A DNA stretch of 64,000 nt from Pseudomonadota bacterium (GCA_043806835.1 JAZDGQ010000026.1:3804-67803); one strand, 5' to 3'. Shown: positions 26,398-36,548, counted from the stretch's first letter. Made by a program: numbers and translations. Notes: a model not told the origin generated them from the letters alone.

Positions 26398-27021
26398 ATG
26401 CAAGTCATATTGCTGGAGCGCGTCGAGAGCCTGGGTCAGATGGGGGACGTCGTCAGCGTCAAGCCCGGCTATGCGCGCAATTTCCTGCTGCCGCGCCGGA
26501 AAGCGCTGCGGGCGACGAAGGAAAACGTGTCCTATTTCGACGGTCAGAAAAAAGTGATGGAGGCGGACAGCCTGAAACGCAGGGGCGAGGCTGAAAAGGT
26601 CGCCAAAAAGATGGACGGCCTGAAAATCGCCATCATCCGGCAGGCCTCGGAAGCGGGGCAGCTCTACGGCTCCGTCACCGCGCGGGATATTGCCGACGGC
26701 GTCACGGAAAAGGGTTTCAAGGTGGATCGCACGCAGGTTCGCATGGATCGCAACTACAAGATTCTCGGCTTGTATCCGGTAAAGGCGTATCTCCATCCCG
26801 AAGTGGTCGTGAGCGTCACCATCAACATCGCCCGTTCGGCGGAAGAGGCGAAAATCCAGGAGGAACGCGGCGAGGCTCTGATTACGAGGACGGACGAGCA
26901 GGAAGCTGTCGCCAGCCTTGCGGAAGCCGCCATCAGGAAGACTGAAGCAGAAGAAAAGTCCCGATTGGAATCGGAAAGTGGAAATCAGAAACCGGAAACC
27001 GGAGAAGAAAAAACCGCCTGA
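26398..27021 (+). CDS. rplI: 50S ribosomal protein L9
   Basis: MQVILLERVESLGQMGDVVSVKPGYARNFLLP; AGGAGGG RBS. Confidence 0.95.
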   Translation: MQVILLERVESLGQMGDVVSVKPGYARNFLLPRRKALRATKENVSYFDGQKKVMEADSLKRRGEAEKVAKKMDGLKIAIIRQASEAGQLYGSVTARDIADGVTEKGFKVDRTQVRMDRNYKILGLYPVKAYLHPEVVVSVTINIARSAEEAKIQEERGEALITRTDEQEAVASLAEAAIRKTEAEEKSRLESESGNQKPETGEEKTA

Positions 27022-27051
27022 TTTCCGACCTCTGATTTCTGGATTCCGATC

Positions 27052-28557
27052 ATGCCCGCTGACGCCGTAAAACTTTCCGAGATTTCAAGGCCCCGTCCGA
27101 TGAACGAGGCGGGCTATCGCGTCGCGCCGCATAACGAGGAAGTGGAGCAGGCGCTTCTCGGCGCCCTGCTGGTCAGCAACAAGGCGCTGGAGAAAGTTTC
27201 CGATTTTCTGCGGGCGGAGCATTTTTTCAATCCGGTGCATGGCCGCATTTACGACGCCATTTTCAAGTTCGCGGAGCGGGGGCAGGACGCCAGCCCGATC
27301 ACGCTCAAGAGCTTTTTCGAGAAGGACGCCGATCTGTCGCACGTCGGCGGCGGTCAATACCTGTCTGATCTCGCTTCCGGCATCATCAGCGTGGTGAGCG
27401 TCGGGGACTATGGCCGCACGGTGTACGAACTGCATCTCCTGCGCGCTCTGATCGCGATGGGCGAGGATGTGGTGAACGATGCGTACAGTCACGACATCGA
27501 CCTGAACGCGCACCAGCAGATCGAGCAGACGGAAAAGCGGCTGTTCGACCTGGCGACGGCGGGGGATTACAGGGGCGGCTTCATCGCTTTCCGTGAATCC
27601 CTGACCCGCGCCATCAAACAGGCGGAAGTGGCCTATCAGCGCGAGGGGCTGGTGACGGGGGTGACCACGGGATTCCTCGATCTGGACAAGAAACTGGGCG
27701 GTTTGCAGAGATCCGATCTGGTTATCCTGGCGGGTCGTCCGGCGATGGGCAAATCTGCGCTGGCCACCAACATCGCCTTCAATGCGGCGCGTTCTTACGT
27801 CGAGCATCACGCGAAAGAGGGTGCCGTCGTCGGGTTCTTCTCGCTGGAGATGTCGGCGGAGCAACTGGCGACGCGCATTCTCGCCGACCTGTCCGGCGTG
27901 GCTTCCGACAAGATCCGCCGGGGGGAAGTCAGGGACACCGATTTTCACAAGTTCGTCGAGGCGAGTCAGGCTTTATCGCAGGTGCCGCTCTTTTTTGACG
28001 ACACTGCCGCCCTGACGATCAGCGCCATCCGCACCCGCGCCCGCCGTTTGCAGCGGCAGCACAAGCTCGGCATGATCGTGATTGATTACCTGCAGCTGAT
28101 ACAAGGCTCCGGGCGGAATACGTCCGACAACCGCGTGCAGGAAATTTCCGAGATCACCCGCGGGCTCAAGGCGCTTGCCAAGGAGCTGGACGTTCCGGTG
28201 CTGGCGCTTTCGCAGCTCAGCCGCGCGGTGGAGCAGCGCGACAACAAGCGCCCGCAGCTGTCGGATCTGCGGGAATCCGGCTCCATCGAGCAGGACGCGG
28301 ATGTGGTCATGTTCATTTACCGCGAGGAATACTATCTGGAACGGGACGAGCCGGGCCGCCGCCCCGAGGAAAACGACGACAAGTTCAACGCGCGCTACGA
28401 GGACTGGCAGAGGCGCATGGAAAGCAGCCATAACGTCGCCGAGTGCATCGTCGCCAAGCAGCGGCACGGTCCGATAGGGACGATCAAGCTTCATTTCGAA
28501 GGCGAATTCACCCGCTTCTCCAACCTGGAAAATTTCCGTGCTGAATCCCCTGAATAA
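27052..28557 (+). CDS. dnaB: replicative DNA helicase DnaB
   Basis: PHNEEVEQALLGALL N-domain, Walker A GRPAMGKSALATN, and LSQLSRAVEQR. Confidence 0.95.
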   Translation: MPADAVKLSEISRPRPMNEAGYRVAPHNEEVEQALLGALLVSNKALEKVSDFLRAEHFFNPVHGRIYDAIFKFAERGQDASPITLKSFFEKDADLSHVGGGQYLSDLASGIISVVSVGDYGRTVYELHLLRALIAMGEDVVNDAYSHDIDLNAHQQIEQTEKRLFDLATAGDYRGGFIAFRESLTRAIKQAEVAYQREGLVTGVTTGFLDLDKKLGGLQRSDLVILAGRPAMGKSALATNIAFNAARSYVEHHAKEGAVVGFFSLEMSAEQLATRILADLSGVASDKIRRGEVRDTDFHKFVEASQALSQVPLFFDDTAALTISAIRTRARRLQRQHKLGMIVIDYLQLIQGSGRNTSDNRVQEISEITRGLKALAKELDVPVLALSQLSRAVEQRDNKRPQLSDLRESGSIEQDADVVMFIYREEYYLERDEPGRRPEENDDKFNARYEDWQRRMESSHNVAECIVAKQRHGPIGTIKLHFEGEFTRFSNLENFRAESPE

Positions 28558-28573
28558 TCCCGGGAAGATCCCC

Positions 28574-29740
28574 GTGAAAGAACGCGGGGGAGATCTCTCC
28601 CTCCTTGAAATCCACCTTGACCGGGTGCGCTGGAATTATCTTTCCCTGCAAGAAACGCTGGCTGCGGGGACGGGATGCGCCGCCATGGTGAAGGCGGACG
28701 CCTACGGGCTTGGCGCCGTTGCGGTGGCGCCGGAATTGAGCAAGGCCGGTTGCCGTCATTTCTACGTCGCCACTTTCGAAGAAGGGCTGGCTGTCAGGGA
28801 AGCGCTGGACGCCCAGTCGCCCCTCCTGCGTAAGGCAGGCACAGGCCATGCGGGGGGGGTCTCCGAAGAAGCCCAAATCTACGTGCTTCATGGTTCTTAT
28901 GACGCCTCGCCGGAGGAATTCGCGGAATACAATCTCATCCCGGCCATGAATTCCCTGGGGGATATCGGGCGATGGTCGTCCATCGCAAAAACGACCGGCA
29001 GGAGGCCGCCGGCCATTCTTCACCTCGACACGGGAATGAACAGTCTGGGCCTGCCTGCGACGGAGGCGGACCGGCTGATAAACGATGCCGGGATGCTGAA
29101 ACCTCTGGACGTCCGCATCGTGATGAGCCATCTGGCCTGCGCCGACGAACCCGAGCATCCGAAAAACAGGGAGCAGCTGGAGCTTTTCCGGCGGCGGACG
29201 AAACAGCTTGCGCTTCCCTGCCTCCTGAGTTTCGCCAATTCGGCGGGGACTTTCCTGGGGACGGAGTATCACTTCGATCAGGTGCGCTCCGGCCGCGCGA
29301 TTTTCGGGCTGAATCCCCGTCCCGCGCTGCAAAATCCGATGCGCGGAACGGTCACCCTGAAAGCGCGCATCCTGCAGGTCAGGGATGTCGGCAAAGGCGA
29401 AACGGTCGGTTACGGCGCGAGTTACAGGGTTACGGCTCCGTCGAAACTGGCCACGATTTCGGCGGGCTACGCGGACGGCTACCTGAGAAGCCTTACGGGA
29501 AGCGGCACTGTTTATGTCGGGGAGCAAAGATGCCCTGTGGTCGGGCGCGTGTCCATGAATGCGGTCGTCGCGGACGTGTCGGCGGTGACGCCCCTTCCCC
29601 ATGCCGGGGAGTGGGCTGAAATCATCGGGCGGCATCAGACGGTGGAGGAGGTCGCGGCGCAGGCGAGGATGCGTCCTTCCGAGGTCCTGACGTCCCTTGA
29701 CATGAAGGGGGCGCGGATTTATTCGGGGCATGGATCATGA
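28574..29740 (+). CDS. alr: alanine racemase
   Basis: PLP-lysine motif AAMVKADAYGLGA and C-terminal GRVSMN. GTG 28574 avoids overlap with dnaB; the ORF-track alternative is GTG 28538. Confidence 0.85.
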   Translation: MKERGGDLSLLEIHLDRVRWNYLSLQETLAAGTGCAAMVKADAYGLGAVAVAPELSKAGCRHFYVATFEEGLAVREALDAQSPLLRKAGTGHAGGVSEEAQIYVLHGSYDASPEEFAEYNLIPAMNSLGDIGRWSSIAKTTGRRPPAILHLDTGMNSLGLPATEADRLINDAGMLKPLDVRIVMSHLACADEPEHPKNREQLELFRRRTKQLALPCLLSFANSAGTFLGTEYHFDQVRSGRAIFGLNPRPALQNPMRGTVTLKARILQVRDVGKGETVGYGASYRVTAPSKLATISAGYADGYLRSLTGSGTVYVGEQRCPVVGRVSMNAVVADVSAVTPLPHAGEWAEIIGRHQTVEEVAAQARMRPSEVLTSLDMKGARIYSGHGS

Positions 29741-30585
29741 GCGCGGAGCTCGCGGAAGCTGAAACGGATGAACCGGAACGGCAGGACAGGTCGATGGTCT
29801 GCTGTTTTGCGGGCGTGCTGCAAAAGCTCGGCCAGACGGCGCTGAAGTTCCTCGCGGCGGTCGGGCGGCTGGCGCAGTTCACCGGGCGCAGCATCTATCA
29901 TTGCCTTACGCCGCCGTTCTTCCTGAGGCTGCTTTTGCGCCAGGTGGTCAACATCGGCTATTATTCCCTGCCCGTCGTCGGCCTGACGACGCTTTTCACC
30001 GGCATGGTTCTGGCGCTGCAGAGCTACAGCGGCTTCTCCCGCTTTTCGGCGGAAGGGGCGATTGCGACCGTCGTGGTCCTTTCGATCACGCGCGAGCTGT
30101 CGCCGGTTCTGGCCGGGCTGATGGTGGCGGGGCGCGTCGGCGCCGCCATCGCGGCGGAGATCGGCACCATGCGCGTGACCGAGCAGATCGACGCCCTCAC
30201 CACCCTGTCCACCAACCCCTACAAGTACCTGATCGCGCCCCGGCTGATCGCGGGGACGCTGATGCTGCCGGTGCTGGTTCTGATCGGCGACATCATCGGC
30301 GTGTTCGGCGGGTATATCGTCAGCGTTTATTCTCTGGGCTTCAGCCCGGAAAGCTACCTCCACAAGACGTGGGAATACCTGGAGCGGATGGACGTGATTT
30401 CCGGGCTGTGGAAGGCGGCGACCTTCGGTTTCATCGTCACGCTGATGGGCTGCTATCACGGCTTCAATTCGGAGCGGGGGGCGCAGGGCGTGGGGGCGGC
30501 CACGACCAACGCGGTCGTCTCGTCCTCGATCCTGATTTTGATTTTCAACTATCTTCTGACGCAAATCTTCTTCACGGGGAAGTGA
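29737..30585 (+). CDS. mlaE: MlaE-type ABC transporter permease
   Basis: ITRELSPVLAGLMVAGRVGAAIAAEIGTMRVTEQIDAL signature. ATGA overlap with alr. Confidence 0.85.
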   Translation: MSAELAEAETDEPERQDRSMVCCFAGVLQKLGQTALKFLAAVGRLAQFTGRSIYHCLTPPFFLRLLLRQVVNIGYYSLPVVGLTTLFTGMVLALQSYSGFSRFSAEGAIATVVVLSITRELSPVLAGLMVAGRVGAAIAAEIGTMRVTEQIDALTTLSTNPYKYLIAPRLIAGTLMLPVLVLIGDIIGVFGGYIVSVYSLGFSPESYLHKTWEYLERMDVISGLWKAATFGFIVTLMGCYHGFNSERGAQGVGAATTNAVVSSSILILIFNYLLTQIFFTGK

Positions 30586-30588
30586 GCC

Positions 30589-31356
30589 ATGACCGCCGCC
30601 GCAATGCTGGAACTCCGGGGCGTCTGCAAGTCCTTCGGCAGCAATCATGTGCTGAAGGGCATCGATATCGCCGTCGGAAAAGGCAAATCCCTTGTGGTCA
30701 TCGGAGGTTCCGGGACGGGGAAGTCCGTGATGATAAAATCCGTCCTCGGCCTGATTTCTCCCGACAGGGGCTCCATCAAGGTCGACGGGCGGGAAACGAC
30801 GAACCTGACCGCGTCCGGGCGCGACGTCCTCATGAAGAAATTCGGGATGCTGTTTCAGGGCGGCGCGCTGTTCGACAGCCTGCCGGTGTGGGAGAACGTC
30901 GCCTTCGGCCTGATCCAGGGCAAGGCGATGGACAGGGGTCAGGCGCGGGAGATCGCCGTCCGGAAGCTGCGCTCGGTGGGGCTCTCCGCCCGCGTGGCGG
31001 AGATGTATCCGGCGGAGCTTTCCGGCGGGATGCAGAAGCGGGTGGGGCTGGCGCGCGCGGTGGCGGCCAATCCCGAGATCATTTTCTTCGACGAGCCGAC
31101 GACCGGCCTTGATCCCATCATGGCCGACGTTATCAACAGCCTGATCGTGGAGGCGAGCCGGGAGCTGGGGGCGACGACGCTGTCGATCACCCACGACATG
31201 GCGAGCGCCCGCAAGATCGCCGACGAGATCGCGATGATCTACCAGGGGCGGATCATCTGGCACGGCTCCGCCAAGGACATCGACCATTCGGGCAACGAGT
31301 ACGTCGAACAGTTCATCCGGGGCCGCGCCGATGGCCCGATCAAGATGGAAGTGTAG
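30589..31356 (+). CDS. mlaF: MlaF-type ABC transporter ATP-binding protein
   Basis: Walker A GGSGTGKS, signature LSGGMQKR, Walker B IIFFDEP. Confidence 0.9.
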   Translation: MTAAAMLELRGVCKSFGSNHVLKGIDIAVGKGKSLVVIGGSGTGKSVMIKSVLGLISPDRGSIKVDGRETTNLTASGRDVLMKKFGMLFQGGALFDSLPVWENVAFGLIQGKAMDRGQAREIAVRKLRSVGLSARVAEMYPAELSGGMQKRVGLARAVAANPEIIFFDEPTTGLDPIMADVINSLIVEASRELGATTLSITHDMASARKIADEIAMIYQGRIIWHGSAKDIDHSGNEYVEQFIRGRADGPIKMEV

Positions 31357-31361
31357 GCGCG

Positions 31362-33807
31362 ATGAAATCCGGTTCCTCATCCCGCATTATAATGACGCTG
31401 TTTTCGATAGGGCTTTTCTGTCTGGTCGGAGGCATCGGCGCTTTCGCGGCTCTGTTCTATTATTTCGGGCGCGGATTGCCGGATTACCACACTCTCGCCA
31501 ATTACGAGCCGCCGATCGTGACCCGCGCTTACGCCAGCGACGGGAGGCTTCTGGCCGAATTCGCCACGGAAAAGCGCGTGTATGTGCCGGTCTCGACGGT
31601 GCCGCCGCTTGTCATCCATGCGTTTTTGTCGGCGGAGGACAAGAATTTCTACACGCATCCCGGCATCGACGTCGTCGGGATCGCCCGGGCGGCAGCCATC
31701 AATTTCAGCCATGCGGGCGGGCGTAAACGGAAGGTGGGCGCGTCCACCATCACCCAGCAGGTGGCGAAGAACTTTTTTCTTTCAGGCGAGGTGACCTATG
31801 AGCGCAAGATCAGGGAAGCTATCCTGTCTTTCCGGATCGAGCAGGCCTACACAAAGGATCAGATATTGCAGCTTTATCTCAACGAGATTTTTCTGGGAGC
31901 CGGAGTCTACGGCATCGCGGCGGCGTCTCTGGAATATTTCGACAAGCCTCTGGACGAGCTGACTCTGGAAGAGGCGGCCTACCTCGCCGCCCTGCCGAAG
32001 GCGCCGAACAACTACAATCCGGAGAAGCATTACGATGCGGCTCTGGCGCGCCGGAACTGGGTGATCGATCAGATGGCTGAGAACGGCTACGTCGTCCCGG
32101 CGGAGGCGGAAGCCTCCAAAGCCAAACCGCTTATCCTCGCGCGCCGCGACAGCTCGGAGTATGTGAATTATCCCTATTTCGCGGAAGAAGTGCGGCGCAA
32201 GCTGATGGATCTTTACGGAGAAAAGGGTCTCTATGAAGGCGGCCTGATCGCGCACACGACCCTCGTCCCCGAATACCAGAAGATCGCCGAGAAGGCGCTG
32301 CGGGACGGGCTGACCGGATACGACGTCCGTTTCGGCCTTCACAGCGCCGCCATCGCCCGTATCGATCCCGAAGGGAAATGGCAGGAGGCGCTTGGCAAGG
32401 TTTCTCCGCCGGCGGGAATGGGGGATTTCAGTCTGGCTGCAGTTCTGGAGAGTAGCGATAAAAAAGCCGTCATCGGTTTTTCCGACGGGAAAAAAGGCGT
32501 CATCCCCTATGATAAAATGAAGTGGGCGCGCAGCAAGGCGGGGATCACCCCCCTCAGGGCAAGCGATCTCCTCAGGGCGGGGGATGTCTGGCTTGTCGAG
32601 CCCGCGAACGAAAAGGAAAAGGAAAAAGAAGGCGGCCTTCCCGTTTACTGGCTGCGCCAGATTCCGGACGTGCAGGGCGGAATAATCGCGATGGATCCGC
32701 ATACGGGGAGGATTTTCGCGGTGGCCGGGGGCTTCAGCTATGCGATGAGCGAGTTTAACCGCGCCACACAGGCCATCCGCCAGCCGGGCTCCTCCTTCAA
32801 GCCGTTCGTCTACCTGACGGGGTTGGAAAGCGGATTTACTCCGGCGACGCTCGTTCTGGACGCGCCCTTCACGCTGGATCAGGGGGGCGGGGCGGGGAAC
32901 ATGGCGCCCGAAAAACTATTCCGACGATTTTCTCGGCCCCGCCACGCTGCGCACCGGCATCGAAAAGTCGCGCAACCTGATGACCATCCGGCTGTCGAGT
33001 TATGTCGGCATGGACAAGGTTTCCGTCACGGCGAAACGCTTCGGCGTCATCGACGACATGCCCCCGCTTCTCTCGATGGCGGTGGGCGCCGGGGAAACGA
33101 CGCTGCTCCGCATGGTCACCGGTTACAGCAGCTTCGTGAACGGCGGGAAAAAGGTGACGCCGACCCTGATCGACCGCGTTCAGGACAGGAACGGAAAAAC
33201 GGTCTATGTGCATGACCGGCGCCCCTGCCCCGGGTGCGGCGCGCGGATGGCATGGAACGGGCAGCCCACGCCGGACATCGCCGACAACCGCGAGCAGATC
33301 GCCGATCCGCGGCACATGTACCAGATCGTCTCCATGCTGGAGGGCGTCGTTCAGCGCGGGACGGGCATGCTGATGAAGGGCATCGGCCGCCCGGTCGCCG
33401 GCAAGACCGGAACGACGAACGAGTCCAAGGACACATGGTTCATCGGTTTCACGCCGGACGTCATCGTCGGCGTTTATGTCGGATTCGACGATCCCAGGCC
33501 GATGGGGGCAAAGGAAACCGGCTCCCGCGTGGCGGTGCCGGTGGTGAAGGCATTCATGGAGCAGGCGTTGAAAGACGTGCCGCCAGTGCCTTTCCGCATT
33601 CCGGAGGGCATCCGCCTTGTGAATGTCAATGCGCTGACGGGCACCCGCGCCAGGCCGGAAGACGAGACAACCATCCTGGAGGCCTTTCTGGCCGGCACCG
33701 AACCCGGCGACGAGCCGACCATGTTTACCGGACACGGCATCAGTCCTGTTTCCGGCCTGACCCGCGCGGGCGAGAGCGAGGATACGGGGCTGGGGGGGAT
33801 ATATTGA
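31362..33807 (+). pseudogene. mrcA: penicillin-binding protein 1A with the frame broken by a +1 shift at a G6 run (or a homopolymer sequencing error)
   Basis: Frame 0 carries the TM, the glycosyltransferase (GASTITQQVAKN, RKIREA) and SSFKP. Homology resumes in frame +1 at 32902 (WRPKNYSDDFLGPATLRTGIEKSRNLMTIRL ... KTGTTN) and runs to 33807. Confidence 0.85.
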
Positions 33808-33868
33808 AGACAGCTCCGGGCTGAGAGAGTTTTGCAAGCCGGTGTTTTATGTGGTACTTTGCTGGCGC

Positions 33869-33943
33869 GCCGACATAGCACAGGGGTAGTGCAGACGCTT
33901 TGTAAGCGTAAGGTCGCGGGTTCAAATCCTGCTGTCGGCACCA
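33869..33943 (+). tRNA. tRNA-Thr (anticodon UGU), CCA encoded
   Basis: Hand-folded cloverleaf. Acceptor GCCGACA/TGTCGGC, D-stem GCAC/GTGC, anticodon loop TTTGTAA, T-arm GCGGG-TTCAAAT-CCTGC, then ACCA. Total 75 nt. Confidence 0.9.
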
Positions 33944-33981
33944 TTTGTCTTTCAAAAGACATCCGGTAAATCCACAGTCAG

Positions 33982-34380
33982 TCAGCCCTCTTTCAACAGC
34001 AGGGAGGCCTCTGCCAGGTTCACCCAATAGGCGGCGCCAAGCGGTATGACGTCATCGTTGAAATCGTAATGCGGACTATGCAGGCCGTGATTGTTGCAGG
34101 CTCTGCCTTGCCCCAGCATGATGAAAGCCCCCGGACATTCTTGCAGGAAGTACGCAAAATCCTCCCCGCCCATGGTCGGCGTGAATTCGCGGACGTTCTC
34201 TGCGCCGACAACCTGCGCCGCGACTTTCCGGCACAACCGGGTCTCCGCGGGCGCGTTCACGACGGGAATATACCCCTCCCGCCACTCCACCAGCGCCGTC
34301 GTTTCCGGATGGGCATGGATATGCCGCCGCCACTGGCTGAAAACGGCATTCCCTTTCTTCATCTTTTCCAGCACGTTCAT
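33982..34380 (-). pseudogene. M20-family amidohydrolase (hippuricase-like) relic with a large in-frame internal deletion
   Basis: The 132-aa ORF joins the family N-terminus (FSQWRRHIHAHPET) directly to the C-terminal ~100 aa (YIPVVNAP...MGGEDFAYFL...LHSPHYDFNDDVIPLGAAYW). The ~250-aa metal-binding core is absent. Confidence 0.7.
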
Positions 34381-34539
34381 GCCAAAGCCTCCTGATGCAG
34401 AAAGCCCTGCCCGTTATTATAGAAACAGGGAAGGGCCTTTAAAAAAGCCTCTCCATTTTAGCATGAATTCTACAGTTGCGATACTGCGGCATGCAGGGCA
34501 TCATCGCGGGAGACCCACTCTCTATCAGGCAGGGCTCCC

Positions 34540-35535
34540 ATGTTCCGCACGTACATTCAGAAGAACAACCATCTCGCTTTCCGGGATCTCGCGGTCGCGG
34601 ACGCCATTCCTCCCGAAGAGGCGGATCAGATCGTCTGGTTCGACCTCATCAACCCCACGCCCGAGGAAGATCATTTTGCGGAACGGCTTTTCGGCATCAC
34701 GATACCCACCCGCGCGGAGATGAACGAGATCGAGCTGTCGGCGCGCCTTTACAGCGAGGACAACGCGAAATTCATGACGATGACGGTGATTACGAAGCTG
34801 GATATAGACGCCGCGGAAAAAACGCCGATCACCTTCATTCTTAAGGGGCAGACGCTGCTCACCGTCCGGTACGAGGAAACGAAGTCTTTCACGAATTTCG
34901 CCTTCCGCGTGCAGAAGATGAACACCTCCGCCTGCTCGACCGGCGAACAGGCCCTGCTGGGTCTCCTCGAAGCCGTCATCGACCGGATCGCCGATACGCT
35001 GGAGCGCGTCGACGGAGAAGTCGACGGCATCTCGCGCGACGTGTTCCGCAACAAGGCTCCCACGGCGACGAAAAAAACGCGCGACCTTCAGGGCATGATC
35101 GAGCGGATCGGACGGAAGGACGACCTGTTGTCCATGGTGCATGAAAGTCTCCTCAGCATAAGCCGCCTCCTCGCCTACTACGCGTCGGAACCCGCCGACC
35201 GCAAGGCGAGCAAGGCCTCCCTGCAGAAGGGGGAGATTCTCCACCGCGACGCCGCCTCGCTAAGCGAGCATGCGGCATTTCTCTCCGATAAAACGACTTT
35301 TCTCCTCGACGCCACGCTCGGCCTCATCAACCTGGAGCAAAACCAGATCATCAAGATATTCTCGGTGGCTGCGGTGGTCTTCCTGCCGCCGACGCTGGTG
35401 GCTTCCGTCTACGGAATGAACTTCGATCTCCTGCCGGAGCTGAGATGGGTGTTCGGCTATCCCTGGGCTCTCGGCCTTATGCTCCTGTCGGCCCTGCTGC
35501 CTTTTCTCTATTTCAAGAAGCGCGGGTGGCTGTGA
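34540..35535 (+). CDS. corA: magnesium/cobalt transporter CorA
   Basis: YGMNF motif (VASVYGMNFDLLPEL) between two C-terminal TM helices. Confidence 0.9.
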   Translation: MFRTYIQKNNHLAFRDLAVADAIPPEEADQIVWFDLINPTPEEDHFAERLFGITIPTRAEMNEIELSARLYSEDNAKFMTMTVITKLDIDAAEKTPITFILKGQTLLTVRYEETKSFTNFAFRVQKMNTSACSTGEQALLGLLEAVIDRIADTLERVDGEVDGISRDVFRNKAPTATKKTRDLQGMIERIGRKDDLLSMVHESLLSISRLLAYYASEPADRKASKASLQKGEILHRDAASLSEHAAFLSDKTTFLLDATLGLINLEQNQIIKIFSVAAVVFLPPTLVASVYGMNFDLLPELRWVFGYPWALGLMLLSALLPFLYFKKRGWL

Positions 35536-35623
35536 CGTGGATATCATGTATCCCTGCACCCTTTGCGCCAGTTGCCAGCACTATAGACTTGCTTTCATCT
35601 GTAATAGCTCGTAAATCTCCACG

Positions 35624-36427
35624 ATGGCGGTCTCCTATATCATAATTATTTCCATAGTGCAGGGGTTGACAGAATTTCTGCCGGTGAGTTCCAGCGGACA
35701 TCTGGTTTTGGCTCCGCTTATATTTCATGTGCAAGATCAAGGTCTTGTCATGGATCTGGCGGTTCATATCGGAACTTTGCTGGCGGTTCTGGCGTATTAT
35801 CGCCGGGATGTGTGGGAAATATCCTTGTCGTGTATTCCGTGGAGAAAAACATTCCATAAAGATAAAAGACGGTTGGGCATTTATCTTGTTCTGGCAACGA
35901 TTCCGGCAGTTGTCTTCGGTTTCATTATGCACAATTTCCTGCCGGAAGGAATCCGGGATATAAGGGTCATCGCTGCAACGACGCTCGGCTTTGGCGTGCT
36001 GCTGGGCGCGGCGGATTACACCGGCTCGCGCACCGGGACGATGGAGCAGATGACCCTGAAATCCGCGATGCTGATCGGCTGCGCGCAGGTGCTGGCCCTG
36101 ATCCCCGGCACCAGCCGTTCAGGGATCACCATCACGATGGCGCGGTTTCTCGGCATCAACCGTGTGGATGCGGCGCGGTTTTCCTTCCTGCTCAGCATTC
36201 CGGTCACGGCGGGGGCGGGATTTCTGGGTGTTCTCGATGTTCTGAAAGCACAGGATGCGCGACTGGGGGTGGACATGGCGCTGGCCGCCGCCGTCACCTT
36301 CGCCGCCGGGTTTCTGGCCATCGCCTTCATGATGCGCTGGCTAAAAAACTCCGGCATGATGCCCTTTGCCGTTTATCGCGTCCTGCTGGGCGGGGCCCTG
36401 GCGGCTTATCTCGTTTTGCGGGTCTGA
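35624..36427 (+). CDS. uppP: undecaprenyl-diphosphate phosphatase
   Basis: QGLTEFLPVSSSGHL and PGTSRSGITI motifs. Polytopic membrane protein. Confidence 0.9.
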   Translation: MAVSYIIIISIVQGLTEFLPVSSSGHLVLAPLIFHVQDQGLVMDLAVHIGTLLAVLAYYRRDVWEISLSCIPWRKTFHKDKRRLGIYLVLATIPAVVFGFIMHNFLPEGIRDIRVIAATTLGFGVLLGAADYTGSRTGTMEQMTLKSAMLIGCAQVLALIPGTSRSGITITMARFLGINRVDAARFSFLLSIPVTAGAGFLGVLDVLKAQDARLGVDMALAAAVTFAAGFLAIAFMMRWLKNSGMMPFAVYRVLLGGALAAYLVLRV

Positions 36428-36548
36428 ATATATTTTCAGAACGCAAAAACTTAGGCCATTTGAAAAATATTCTGGCTGCATCGGTGAAAACAGGCGATAC
36501 TTCCGCTTCCTCTTTTGCGGTTCTGATTCCTGGTGGGAAGCTTTTTAA

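Noticed and set aside
28508-31380. 407-aa and 553-aa minus-strand ORFs antisense to alr and mlaE/mlaF
   Set aside because: Shadow ORFs rich in R/P/G/H, opposite genes carrying PLP-lysine and Walker motifs.
33474-34027. 162-aa and 95-aa minus-strand ORFs overlapping tRNA-Thr
   Set aside because: They run across a well-folded tRNA and the 3' end of mrcA, so they are spurious.
33808-34540. Genomic island or prophage integrated at tRNA-Thr
   Set aside because: No integrase, phage genes or direct repeat of the tRNA 3' end were noticed. Only the deleted M20 relic lies beside the tRNA.
36428-36548. Purine or ZTP riboswitch upstream of purF
   Set aside because: I could not recognise the conserved cores of either class in this 120-nt spacer. 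An Infernal scan would be needed to exclude it formally.
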